Origin: Octopus bimaculoides
Taxonomy: Eukaryota
Reading direction: 5' to 3'
Assembly: GCF_001194135.2 (NCBI RefSeq)
Contig: NC_068982.1
Location: 26,900,984-26,948,095, forward strand
Length of the DNA stretch: 47,112 bases
Below, in pieces: positions 24,527 to 36,699 of the stretch. A model generated the notes under the pieces. That model was not told where the DNA came from, did not search any database, and worked only from the letters and a program-made list of their open reading frames with translations. The position numbers and the translations under genes were made by a program. The stretch's first letter is position 1, and each line of letters starts with the position of its first letter.

Positions 24527-26342
24527 NNNNNNNNNNNNNNNNNNNNNNNNNNNNNNNNNNNNNNNNNNNNNNNNNNNNNNNNNNNNNNNNNNNNNNNNNN
24601 NNNNNNNNNNNNNNNNNNNNNNNNNNNNNNNNNNNNNNNNNNNNNNNNNNNNNNNNNNNNNNNNNNNNNNNNNNNNNNNNNNNNNNNNNNNNNNNNNNNN
24701 NNNNNNNNNNNNNNNNNNNNNNNNNNNNNNNNNNNNNNNNNNNNNNNNNNNNNNNNNNNNNNNNNNNNNNNNNNNNNNNNNNNNNNNNNNNNNNNNNNNN
24801 NNNNNNNNNNNNNNNNNNNNNNNNNNNNNTCTCTTGAATAACCGTGTTGAATACAAGGGTGAATACATTATTGATTAATTAGTTGTTATTTTTTATTAAA
24901 CCTTTTTAAAAATTTAAATTTTAAAAAACAGCGGGAACTTAGTTGCCAAACCAATACGACTGTGGACATGAATGTTAAGAAACAAAAGAATTTTACACTT
25001 TTCTCATACTCTGAAAAGCTGACCATCATACCTTATGGAATCTACTTCATCCACGCCTTGTGTTCTGAGTTAGAATGTTTGTCTGGTACAATATGTCATC
25101 TAGGGTTGATATTAAAATAACAAAGTGATAAAATCAATTGCTAATGCATTCATCCTTCTTCTATTAAACTTTTGTTTGTTAACAATGAAAACTTTGGTAT
25201 TAGATTCACTGATTTTTTTTTTTACATGGTATTCTAAAATAAATAATTCATTTTCATTTTACAGAGCAACATTGATTTGTAGTTTCAACCATCTGATAAA
25301 AGAAAATCGATTCTACTCGATAAATTCAATACACATATAATCAACTATTGCACTTTAGATTTATCGTATTGATTGACTTCTTCCTGAGAAACATGTAATG
25401 GCGGGAATCTAGAAAATGTGACGGTCATGTTTTTCCTCTTGTTTCTTAATATGACCTAAATATATTGAAGTTCCCAACAAAAAGAAGTAATTGAAACACA
25501 GACCTAGCTAAGAAATTACTTTACTGTTATTTACTTTCTCTCATGCATTTAAGAAATCTCACTAGTGAAGTAGTTTGGGAAACAGATATGGCGGTGTAGT
25601 TAAGAAGTTCGCGTCGCAACCACGTGGTTTGTTATGTTCCTACAGCTCTACGTCTTGAACAAATGTCGGCTATAACAATCTCGGATTGCCTCAAGGCAAT
25701 CCTTTGGATGGATTGTAGGAATCCTTTGGATGGATTGTATCCATTTTTGAGGGGGTAGACTAAATCTTCTCTGTTTTAACACACCCACCTGGCATTGGTT
25801 GCCTTTAGCAGAACCTACTCTTTTGGTAACGGTCGAACCAAGCTTCCAGACTGAGGCTAATTCGCTACGCTGTTTCTAGTACAGCAGCCTGTAATTTTCT
25901 TCTTTTTTCACTACCAGTGCAGACGCCCTGAAAAAGGCTTCATTGTTGCCCTTCTTCCTCCGATGAAGCCATAAAAAAAGCATAAGAAAATGTCAATAAC
26001 TAAAAATCATAACCGAATCAGAGTTGGACCTGGCTACGATTTTTAACTTTCATATTCGATGTTCTTCACTATTATATGCAAAATGATATCTAAACATTAT
26101 TATATTGATTTTAATCCCTTTTCTTTCTCTCATTTTCGCAAAGGAGATATTTTATATAAGAGAAACCGTATGAGTCGTATTTTATAAATTATGTTGTTCA
26201 CATATCCCATAAAAAAGCGTGTTATCTGAAAAAGTCTCTGAATTCTAGTTATTCTAATTTCAAAATAGTCCAGTTATCGTAACTAATTCAGAGAAGATAA
26301 TGTTAACAATGCTTATTTTCCTTGGTTTCTGTTTAATTTCAG

Positions 26343-26437
26343 TGGAGCGTCTCCAATTCGGATTGTTGCAGCCAAAATTATTATGATCATACTACTAGCC
26401 ATGACGATAGTGTTGGCGTGTTTGGACACCAGTTCAT
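26343..26437 (+). CDS. SLC29A (ENT family): ENT exon, TM3
   Basis: ttcag|(S)GASPIRIVAAKIIMIILLAMTIVLACLDTSS(W)|gtaagt; phase 2 to 1. Confidence 0.9.
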
Positions 26438-27008
26438 GTAAGTAACCAATGATGTAGATAAACAAACATACAAATATTTGTGAAAATACATTTACGCAGT
26501 GATAAATCTGTAAGTATATCAAAAGTGATAAATTTATATGAATAGAGGTAAATATAAGTATTTGAACAGGGATAAATGTATGTAAGTACATGGACGGTGA
26601 TATAAGTATTAAGACAATGATAAATATCGAGAGTGATCTACTCGTAGTTCGACATCTGAGTATCGATACACGTCTTAACATTTTATGAAGAAAAGACTAT
26701 TGAGCAATGAAATAATATATATAGGACATACATAACATGGAATTCCCTCACGTATTCGATTATATGTTTTATTTAAATTTAGAATGTTACTTATTCATTC
26801 TTAGCATTGCTAATCAAATAGAGTATTTTAATAGTAAAGATATTTGTAATAAATATTTAAGAATCATTAGCAACACAAAATATTCATTCAATTAAAAGAG
26901 AGTTCGATATTTAATTCACTACATCACTGAATGTTTTTTCACTGTCCCTAAATGTTTATGGACGTTTTTCTTCTATATATAATGGACCTTTATTTTAATC
27001 TATTATAG

Positions 27009-27059
27009 GGATAAAAGTATTTTTCATTCTTACACTTTGTACAGTGATAATGATTAATT
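27009..27059 (+). CDS. SLC29A (ENT family): ENT exon, TM4
   Basis: tatag|(W)IKVFFILTLCTVIMIN(S)|gtaagt; phase 1 to 1. Confidence 0.9.
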
Positions 27060-27524
27060 GTAAGTATATAAAAACAATTATGTTATATTCTACATTTATA
27101 AAATAGTTCTATCAAAGATCTATCTATGTAATTTGACTTATTCAGTGACTAATGTCGAGCATATGTACCATGTTTTATCTAACTGAACAAAACACCTATA
27201 AATGACCGCCTCACGACCGATGGAATATTTGAGATTCATAGTCACGATCCCTAGTCTCAAACTATTCGCCACAAGCTTTTCAAAGAATAATCTGGGATAA
27301 CCTAATATCTACTAACTCCTGCTATCGTTTAAGATACACCAACCAAACGATGATATTAGCAGAAGACGTTGTTTTTGATGCCGTTTTGCCCTTGTAAAGC
27401 AGACCTGTATTAAAGATTTTAAGCATGATCAAAGAGTTTCTTTGTACACTTATATTTACATTGTCCAATACGTGCTTGCTGTTTTTTTATAAGATGCTAT
27501 TTCTAGCATCTTATTTCTAAAATT

Positions 27525-27700
27525 TTACGTTCTGAGTTCAAATTCCACCGAGATCAATTTTGTCTTTCATCCTTTCGGGGTCGATAAATTAAGTACCAGT
27601 GAAACACTGAGGTCGATGTAATCGACTATTCCCCTCCACTCCCACCCACCCCCAAATTTCAGGCCTTATGCCTTTAGTAGAAACGATTATTACTATTATT
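27525..27700 (+). mobile_element. SINE family A, 5'-truncated
   Basis: ttacgttctgagttcaaattccacc...ggccttatgcctttagtagaaacgattatt. Confidence 0.8.
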
Positions 27701-28276
27701 AATTTTGTTATTTAACTCACCTTCTCTCAACCCCCTGCATGTTTCATCTGTCGTGAGGTGACCAGCTCACTTAATTCTCTATACTATCATATATTTTCCT
27801 TATGTCAGATCGTAACTTCTTATAGCCCCCGTGTTTTAAATGTCGGTCGATATAACACAGTAAGGTAGAGTAATTTTTGCGTATTCTGTTCTTTTGAAAT
27901 ATATCTAACCTCGAAAAGGTGTTTAACCTGGATAGAAGTACTGGATGTCGATGAATTGAATGTCTGTACACAATATACAGATTATATCGCAATCAATACA
28001 TTTGAGTTCGAATTTCAATTTCAGATACACCTATTAACCCTGAATTTCGATTCATAAAGACGTTTTATCATTTTGATATTTCAAAAGTAAGATAAAGAAA
28101 TTAAAACGAACTTTTTACATGTAGCCCTCAAAAGTTATTGGAAATAACATTACCAAAGAGAATAGAGAGCCAGAGAAGCTATTTAGCAGCAGAAGAATGT
28201 CTTTGTCTTTTATGCCTTAAAGATGTTGTTGTTCTCTTATGCAAAGATATCAATCTTCATTTTGGTTCTGTTTCAG

Positions 28277-28362
28277 CTGCAACTTCGATTTTCCAGAATA
28301 ATTTGTTTGGGATTAGTTCTGTATTGCCAGGAAAATACATTAATGCTGTGTTAATTGGAGCT
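28277..28362 (+). CDS. SLC29A (ENT family): ENT exon, TM4-TM5
   Basis: tttcag|ATSIFQNNLFGISSVLPGKYINAVLIGA|gtaagt; ENT Q-x-x-x-F/Y-G...LP-x-x-Y motif. Confidence 0.93.
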
Positions 28363-28751
28363 GTAAGTAATTTGGAATTTCTATTACAATTTTTTTTTTC
28401 TTTTTTTACATTTTCAAAAAGCAACACACCTTGAAAAAAAGAGTATGATGGGGAGGAAGAGGAAGGAGGAAGAAGGTAGTAGGGGACTGATGGTTTCAGC
28501 GATGATGCTGCAATTGTTGCTGCTTAACCCCTCAAATCAAGCTCTGTTGAAGCAAATCAAAGGCGTTCCGACCACAAACATTCAATTTTCCTTTTTTGCT
28601 AAATAATGTATGACCACATTATCCACTGTCTGTCCCTTTTCTATGATAATACGATAAGGTTTGAGAGATATTTGGTTGCTATTTCTTCCAACGATCATCC
28701 TCGTAGAGGTTCCCACTTTGCCTCGTTTTTCTTTTTGTTCTTATCTTTTTG

Positions 28752-28886
<135 letters not shown>

Positions 28887-28989
28887 TTGTCTTTCGTCTA
28901 CCAGCTCTGTATTATCTTTTGTCTTTAGCAGTTTGCAGTGAAAAGATGTCGCGTTGTAAGGCAGACAAATAATAAATAAAAAAAAATAT

Positions 28990-29476
28990 TCTGTAATGAA
29001 AATATACGACCATATAGATTAAAATGTATGGAAAACAGTCGAAATAAATAAGTAGACAAAATCCTTACACTTTCATAATATTCTCTAACTAAAATACTTA
29101 ATAACAAAATACACCCCAATACACATATAAGAAAATATAGAAAATAATAATAGTCAATTACAACATATAAATAAATAATAAATAATAAATATGAAAACCA
29201 CTAAAACATATTCTCTAATGCCAATATACGACCATATAGATTTAAAAAGTATGGAAGACCTTACATGCAAAAAACTATATGCATACAACGAATTAGAGAA
29301 CCGTTTTTCCTGGTTCGTACGTTTACGATGGAGCTCTGGCCAAAATGTTATAGTGCATGACCATCCTTAGGACAAAAGTAATGTGTGTGCAAAGTTTGGT
29401 GAAAATCAATTGAGAATTGTGGAAATGTATGCATTAGTTAATATGCACTCACATACTGTGATTAATATATACTAGA
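28990..29476 (-). mobile_element. Probable non-autonomous Helitron fragment
   Basis: Minus-strand A|TCTAGTATATATT start at 29476; subterminal layout like the 5568 end; internal direct repeat (aatatacgaccatatagat at about 29002 and 29223). 3' end not found. Confidence 0.4.
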
Positions 29477-29557
29477 TAAAATAAAATGTCTTAGGGTTAA
29501 GTTACTGAAAGCTTACAGGCTGATTGTTACATTTATTGACAATATTTTACTTAAATT

Positions 29558-29765
29558 TAAGGCGACGAGGTGACAGAATCGTTAGCACGCCGGGCGAAAT
29601 GCTTAGTAGCATTTCGTCCGTCTTTACGTTCTGAGTTCAAATACCGCGAAATTCGACTTTGCCTTTCATTCTTTCGGGATTGATAAAGTAAGTACCAGTT
29701 GATGTAATTAACTTACCTCTCCCCCGAAATTGCTGGCCTTGTGCCAAAATTTGAAACCAATATTT
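29558..29765 (+). mobile_element. SINE family A with a long TSD
   Basis: Flanked by caatattttactt(a/g)aatttaagg at 29540-62 and 29758-80. Confidence 0.9.
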
Positions 29766-29854
29766 TACTTGAATTTAAGGTGCTGATTTTTTTTTTCTTT
29801 TTCTGCAGGTATTATATGAAGAATACCTTTAATTTTCTGTATTTTTACTTCCAG

Positions 29855-29903
29855 AATTCTTGTGGCATATTAACGTCCGTATCGCAAATTATAAGTATTG
29901 CAA
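29855..29903 (+). CDS. SLC29A (ENT family): ENT exon, TM5
   Basis: ttccag|NSCGILTSVSQIISIA|gtaagt; phase 0 to 1. Confidence 0.9.
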
Positions 29904-30519
29904 GTAAGTAAATATAGAAATTACTTCCTTATTGATTAGATTTCTAGCTGAAATCGATATTGATTGCGTTATTGATTAGGGTATAACAACCGGTCAATAG
30001 GGTATCGGCTGACTGACTGAAAGGTCAATTGTTTGTATTCCATTGCCGCCACTTCGCAGTCGAAATGTCGATATCCAAAGTACTTGTCTTTCAATGCTCC
30101 AATCCATATATTTTAAATTGGTTATTGTTATTGTTGTCGCCGTTGTTGCTGATGGTGATGAGGATGTTGTTGTTGTTTTATTGTTAAAACTGTGTGTACA
30201 CTTGACGGAGAAGATCTATGGTAGAATTATTCTACCAGCGATAATTTCGATTTTGCAGAGGTATCTAGAACTATAGTACATAACATCTTCCCTTTTTAAA
30301 AAACTGTAGAGAGATATAGCTGCTTCGTAGGAAGCTCCCTGCTTGTTCATTAGTTCAATAATTTACGCATCAGCAAATACCATGTAGAGGTGTAGTTCAC
30401 CTTTATAAGCTTCTGTGTATTTCTATAACTTCTAAGGGTACTTCATAAATATACTAATCTCTAAACGAGAGAAAATAAAACTTTACATACCCTTTAGAGT
30501 AAGCAATATTTCTCAGCAT

Positions 30520-30740
30520 TAAGGAGGCGAACTGGCAGAATCGTTAGCACGCCGGGAAAGATGCTTAACAGCATTTCAGTCGTCTTTACACTGAGTTCAT
30601 ATTCCGCTGAGGTCGACTTCACCTTTCATCCTTTCGGAGTTGTTGATGAAATAAGTATCTATTGAGTACTGAGGTCGACGTAATCAACTTGTCCTTCCCC
30701 CGAAATTACTGGCCTTTTGCTAAAATTTGAAACCAGTGTT
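30520..30740 (+). mobile_element. SINE family A
   Basis: Full head to tail; tttctcagcat direct repeat on both flanks. Confidence 0.88.
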
Positions 30741-31160
30741 TCTCAGCATCATGCAAACCTATTTGATAACCCGCGTCGGATTTTAATTTCAATTCTCTTT
30801 CCAGTATTGTTATCAAATTATTGATTGTTCACCTATTAGCAATAAAAGTCTTCCTGACTATACTATAAAAAAGAACTAAAGTTGATGCAATCAACTATAT
30901 TTCTCCTTTACAAGAATTCGCAGTCTGTAACTGCATGAGAAATCGTTATTAAAGTAGTTAAGTAGCAGAAACTTTTACATTTTGACTTCGAATCTCATAA
31001 GAGTCTGGCTCTGCCTTTTAATCAGTCAGGACTTGATCAGTGAGTATCAGTGAGTATTGGAAGCGACTTGATCAAGTGTATTTAACCTTACAAAGTATGC
31101 CACCTTTTTATTCTAAAACTTAAATTCGTGAAGTATATACAAAGTTTATTTCATTTAAGT

Positions 31161-31546
31161 GGAGGCGCAATGGCCCAGTGGTTAGGGCAGTGGACACGCG
31201 GTCAGAGGAACGCGGTTTCGATTCCCAGACCGGGCGTTGTGAGTGTTTATTGAGCGAAAACACCTAAAGCTCTACGAGGCTCCGGCGGGGAATGGTGGCG
31301 AACCCTGCTGTACTCCTTCACCACAACTTTCTCTTACTCTTACTTCCTGTTTCTGTTGTGCCTGAAATTCAAAGGGTCGGCCTTGTCACACTGTGTCACG
31401 CTGAATATCCCCGAGAACTACGTTATGGGTACACGTGTCTGTGGAGTGCTCAGCCACTTGCACGTTAATTTCACGAGCAGGCTGTTTCGTTGATTGGATC
31501 AACTGGAACCCTCGACGTCGTAAGCGACGGAGTGCCAACAACAACA
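31161..31546 (+). mobile_element. tRNA-derived SINE, family C, full length
   Basis: A-box TGGCCCAGTGG, B-box GGTTTCGATTCCC, (CAA)n tail, TSD atttcatttaa at 31148-58 and 31547-57. Confidence 0.9.
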
Positions 31547-31815
31547 ATTTCATTTAAACAGTGAATATAGATTCATACGTGAGTGGTACTTGTGTGTTTG
31601 CATATGTGTGTATGTATGTGTTTCTATGCATGTGACCAAATGTTTAAAAGGTTTGGTCCAGCAGCGCGAAAGCTTGAATCGTATCCTCTACCATATCACG
31701 ATTTGAATTAAGCTTTGTGATAAAAATCAGCTTAGTCTTCTCGATGATGACTTTAAGGTTACGAGTGTCTGTAGCATACGCATGTGCGCATGCTTGTGTA
31801 TATACATATGTGTGT

Positions 31816-31855
<40 letters not shown>

Positions 31856-32745
31856 TACAAACATGCATATAGAGACAGACAATGATTCAAATAAACATAT
31901 AAAACTTTAGGCTTTAATGTACAAAATATATATACACGTATACATGTAAAATGAGAAGGCGGACACAAACTTTTCAGACGATAAACAATCAAGTATAAAT
32001 ATATATATATATAAATATATATATATATANNNNNNNNNNNNNNNNNNNNNNNNNNNNNNNNNNNNNNNNNNNNNNNNNNNNNNNNNNNNNNNNNNNNNNN
32101 NNNNNNNNNNNNNNNNNNNNNNNNNNNNNNNNNNNNNNNNNNNNNNNNNNNNNNNNNNNNNNNNNNNNNNNNNNNNNNNNNNNNNNNNNNNNNNNNNNNN
32201 NNNNNNNNNNNNNNNNNNNNNNNNNNNNNNNNNNNNNNNNNNNNNNNNNNNNNNNNNNNNNNNNNNNNNNNNNNNNNNNNNNNNNNNNNNNNNNNNNNNN
32301 NNNNNNNNNNNNNNNNNNNNNNNNNNNNNNNNNNNNNNNNNNNNNNNNNNNNNNNNNNNNNNNNNNNNNNNNNNNNNNNNNNNNNNNNNNNNNNNNNNNN
32401 NNNNNNNNNNNNNNNNNNNNNNNNNNNNNNNNNNNNNNNNNNNNNNNNNNNNNNNNNNNNNNNNNNNNNNNNNNNNNNNNNNNNNNNNNNNNNNNNNNNN
32501 NNNNNNNNNNNNNNNNNNNNNNNNNNNNNNNNNNNNNNNNNNNNNNNNNNNNNNNNNNNNNNNNNNNNNNNNNNNNNNNNNNNNNNNNNNNNNNNNNNNN
32601 NNNNNNNNNNNNNNNNNNNNNNNNNNNNNNNNNNNNNNNNNNNNNNNNNNNNNNNNNNNNNNNNNNNNNNNNNNNNNNNNNNNNNNNNNNNNNNNNNNNN
32701 NNNNNNNNNNNNNNNNNNNNNNNNNNNNNNNNNNNNNNNNNNNNN

Positions 32746-32779
<34 letters not shown>

Positions 32780-33239
32780 ATTTATTTGCATAACTATTGT
32801 CTCATTATGCTTTGCAGGTTATCACTTGATCGTTCCTTTTATTTAGTGAGTTATGCCAGTAATATTTCAAGTGATTTGCATGAACGTAATCACCACTGAC
32901 GTTTTTCATGCCAATATTGTTTTCCAGTTTAAAATGCCATGAATTCATTTTTCTTAAGTATCAGTATATTCTTTAATTACATTGCTATATACAGTGGAAA
33001 GTATTAAAACTTTGCAGGAAGGAACAAATATAGCTTAACTTTCGATTGAATATATATAAAAATGTTTAAAGATAAAAGCAATTAGCTACAATTTTAAAAA
33101 ATCAATATGGAAACGATATGAATTATTAAAAAAATCTATTAAAGATTATATTACTCAATGGATTTTTTCCGACATGAACCGATTAAATAGTAAGTATAAA
33201 AGTGTTCTCTTTTATTTCTTTAAGAATCCACATCGTTTC

Positions 33240-33400
33240 CATATCGACCCCTATTTTTTAATTCTATTGGTCTATTTGCCGAACCGGTCAGTTACGAGGA
33301 CGTAAATACACAAACACCGATTGTCAAGAGGTAATGGGGGAGGACAAACACTGACTCAAAGACATACATACACACACACACACATATGTATGAATATATA
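33240..33400 (-). mobile_element. SINE family B, partial
   Basis: ttctattggtctatttgccgaaccgg...ggacgtaaatacacaaacaccgattgtcaag matches family B. Confidence 0.65.
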
Positions 33401-34235
33401 TATATATATTTGTTTTGCAAGATTTTTGATGTGAAATCGTGTGTTGAAACAGATGTTGTTGTACTTGGGGATGGTCATATTGCCAGTTTAGCCAATAAAA
33501 ACACACGCACTGTATATTTGGTGTTAATTTGCTTCAGCTTTATATTACATTAATCTTAATCTTATTTCGGCCAGAGTTCTTTCGTCACACTTCTGTGACC
33601 TCATCAGTGGTCCTTTGTTTCCTTCTTTCTTATGTGTGTCTCACCTTTCTAACTATCAGCCATTTTGTATTTTGTATTCCTATTGTATGTGTCTACGCAC
33701 TTTATAGATAGTGTCGATCCGGCAGTTACTGCAGTATTTGTTCAGAGATAACATCTCTTATGGATTTGCTGTGTTAGAAATATAATAAGTATCAGAGACA
33801 GACAGAAACTCATCCGAGCAGGCGCCAGCGAGAGCGTCAACGCATTTCAGCTATTTTGTGCCCTTTCAATGGTGCGTGAGAATTCATTTTCTTTGACACA
33901 GGAAAAAGTGAATAAAACAGTCACTGATGTTACGAGAAACCTTCCGGCTGATTAAAACTCCGGTAAATACTTGAGAAATTAAATTAAGATTTCAAGAATG
34001 TGTGGAATATTCAGCCGCTTAAAATATAATGCAATGATTAGGTAATTTCCTTGATCAAACAACTGAAATAACCATTGCCAAAATCGACAGAAGGTCCATT
34101 TTCTTTATTTTTTTATATAAGCTTATTTTGTATGTGTAAATGCCTGTTTACTGGTGCATCGATGTGCGTAAATGTACGTTATTTGGTTGAGTCACTTGTG
34201 TTATACTAACAAGGCACAATTTTTTTTTCTTTTAG

Positions 34236-34333
34236 TATCTTCAGATGCTAAAATATCAGCCATCGTCTATTTTTCATCGGGCATTCTTATTCTCATTATT
34301 GCCCTCATCACGAATCGAATTTTCCAACGATTG
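34236..34333 (+). CDS. SLC29A (ENT family): ENT exon, TM6
   Basis: ttttag|(I)SSDAKISAIVYFSSGILILIIALITNRIFQRL|gtgagt; A-I-x-YF motif; phase 1 to 0. Confidence 0.9.
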
Positions 34334-34545
34334 GTGAGTTGTATTTAGCTTATTATTTGCGTTATATTTTACATACTCTGTCATTTCCTCTCCACCTCAC
34401 TTCTATCCACATATTCCTTATTCTCTACCAAACCCCTTCAATCAATCTCCCTCAGCATTTTATCCATTGTACACGCAATACAGACGCGCGAAAACATCCA
34501 CACATATATGTATAATATTCACACCAACAAATATATACACATATA

Positions 34546-35992
34546 TCAGGTCATCCCATAAGTTCTGTCCGAATTTTGAATAAAGACAACAAGTGATCAA
34601 ATATATTTAATTGAAATTTAATCATCAATGTGTTTTCCTTGATTATCAATGACTTCCTTCCATCTACTTACAAGTTTTTTAATCCCATCAATGTAAAACT
34701 CTTTTGGTTTCAAAGCGACGAAATCTAAAATGTCAGTTTCGACCTCCTCCTGACTAGCGAAAGTTATGTCCCCGAAATGATTCTGTAAACTACGAAACAA
34801 ATGGTAGCAAGGTGGATGAGGAATTTTTTCCCAACCAAGCTCTTCGATCTTCTGTGACGTGGTCTTTGCAGTGTGGGGTCGCGCATTGTCCTGATGAAAC
34901 AACACTCCTTTACGATTCACTAAAGCGGGTCTTTTTTTCTTCAAAGCTTGGTTCAAATGCTCTAATTGCTGACAGTAGACTTTAGCATTGATTGATGCAT
35001 TCGGTAGTAACAATTTAAAGTGAATTACTCCTTTGCAATTCCACCAGATAGAGAGAAGAACCTTTTTCCCATGAAGTTCCCTTCTCGGTTGTGGTTGAGN
35101 NNNNNNNNNNNNNNNNNNNNNNNNNNNNNNNNNNNNNNNNNNNNNNNNNNNNNNNNNNNNNNNNNNNNNNNNNNNNNNNNNNNNNNNNNNNNNNNNNNNN
35201 NNNNNNNNNNNNNNNNNNNNNNNNNNNNNNNNNNNNNNNNNNNNNNNNNNNNNNNNNNNNNNNNNNNNNNNNNNNNNNNNNNNNNNNNNNNNNNNNNNNN
35301 NNNNNNNNNNNNNNNNNNNNNNNNNNNNNNNNNNNNNNNNNNNNNNNNNNNNNNNNNNNNNNNNNNNNNNNNNNNNNNNNNNNNNNNNNNNNNNNNNNNN
35401 NNNNNNNNNNNNNNNNNNNNNNNNNNNNNNNNNNNNNNNNNNNNNNNNNNNNNNNNNNNNNNNNNNNNNNNNNNNNNNNNNNNNNNNNNNNNNNNNNNNN
35501 NNNNNNNNNNNNNNNNNNNNNNNNNNNNNNNNNNNNNNNNNNNNNNNNNNNNNNNNNNNNNNNNNNNNNNNNNNNNNNNNNNNNNNNNNNNNNNNNNNNN
35601 NNNNNNNNNNNNNNNNNNNNNNNNNNNNNNNNNNNNNNNNNNNNNNNNNNNNNNNNNNNNNNNNNNNNNNNNNNNNNNNNNNNNNNNNNNNNNNNNNNNN
35701 NNNNNNNNNNNAAACTGAGTGTATGTTTCGAGTCGCTTCGGCTGCAGAGTTTCCTTTTCTGTACTCATAAAGCATTATGTGCCTCAAATGCTCTTTGGAT
35801 ACTTTCATGTTAGAAAGGGTTTTAATCAATGAAATTTTAATTCTATTATTCTGTAAAATAATATTTAATTAGTTTAAATGTACACAAATGCATAAAAATA
35901 ATTTTTAATTCCATTTGACATTCTAAAATACTATTAAATTTCATTCAATTTTAAAAAAGGTAAAATCGGACAGAACTTATGGGATGACCTGA
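34546..35992 (-). mobile_element. Mariner transposon with intact TIRs and TA TSD; transposase lacks YSPDLAPSD
   Basis: TIRs tcaggtcatcccataagttctgtccga / tcggacagaacttatgggatgacctga; TA at 34544-45 and 35993-94; ORF 34618-35829 with HLRHIMLYEY, KVLLSIWW, HQDNARPH. Middle in a gap. Confidence 0.95.
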
Positions 35993-36699
35993 TAGCAACA
36001 TACCTAACATCATAAAGAAGCGATCGGTGGAATGTCTCTGTGTGTATGTGTCTGTAAGTATCTGTTCGTGTGTGTGCGTGCGTGTGCACGCGTGTTTGTG
36101 CGCGTATATGTGGTTAGTTTGAGAAATACACGTAGAAGGCCTGATCTTTTAAACGAATTAATATTAACTCGGTTGATATTTCTTTAATAATTAGAGATGT
36201 TATTGAAAAATAAAGGTGCATTAAAAAGGCAACAAAACACAAAGAACAAAAATGCTATCGAAATAGTTAAAAGATAATGTCAGATGTTCAAATGCTAACA
36301 ATAGAGAGGATGGAGGGGGTATGGAGTTGGAAATATATTTCGTAGTTAGCACAAATATAATTATTTTCGTCATTAATGCAATATTTAGCATTAATTGATT
36401 GAATCTGTCAAAACGTGGTGAAAGTGGGCCAAGAAATTGCTTCATGCTGTGAATGCGCATATATATACATATACAGCACCCAACCATCATCCACACACCT
36501 ACACACGCACACATCTACACGTCAAGGTCACCAGCCCCTATCTACACGCACACACTAACACGCTCTCACATACATACGCACTCGCATTTTCGTCTTGGGA
36601 TCACCACTACTTTATTATCTCCCGTTCTTCCTAGCTCTCCTGTCTGACCACCTCCGTCCAGCCAGCCGCCATGATTGACCGCTAGCGACTGAAGCTTTT

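Noticed and set aside
25694-25742. Short direct repeats (also 3862-3914) as CRISPR-like arrays
   Set aside because: Only two units with no spacer series, in a eukaryotic context; these are local slippage duplications.
31161-31235. tRNA gene-like sequences (also 44620-44690 and 18875-18945)
   Set aside because: A and B boxes are present, but there is no closing acceptor stem and they run into SINE bodies.
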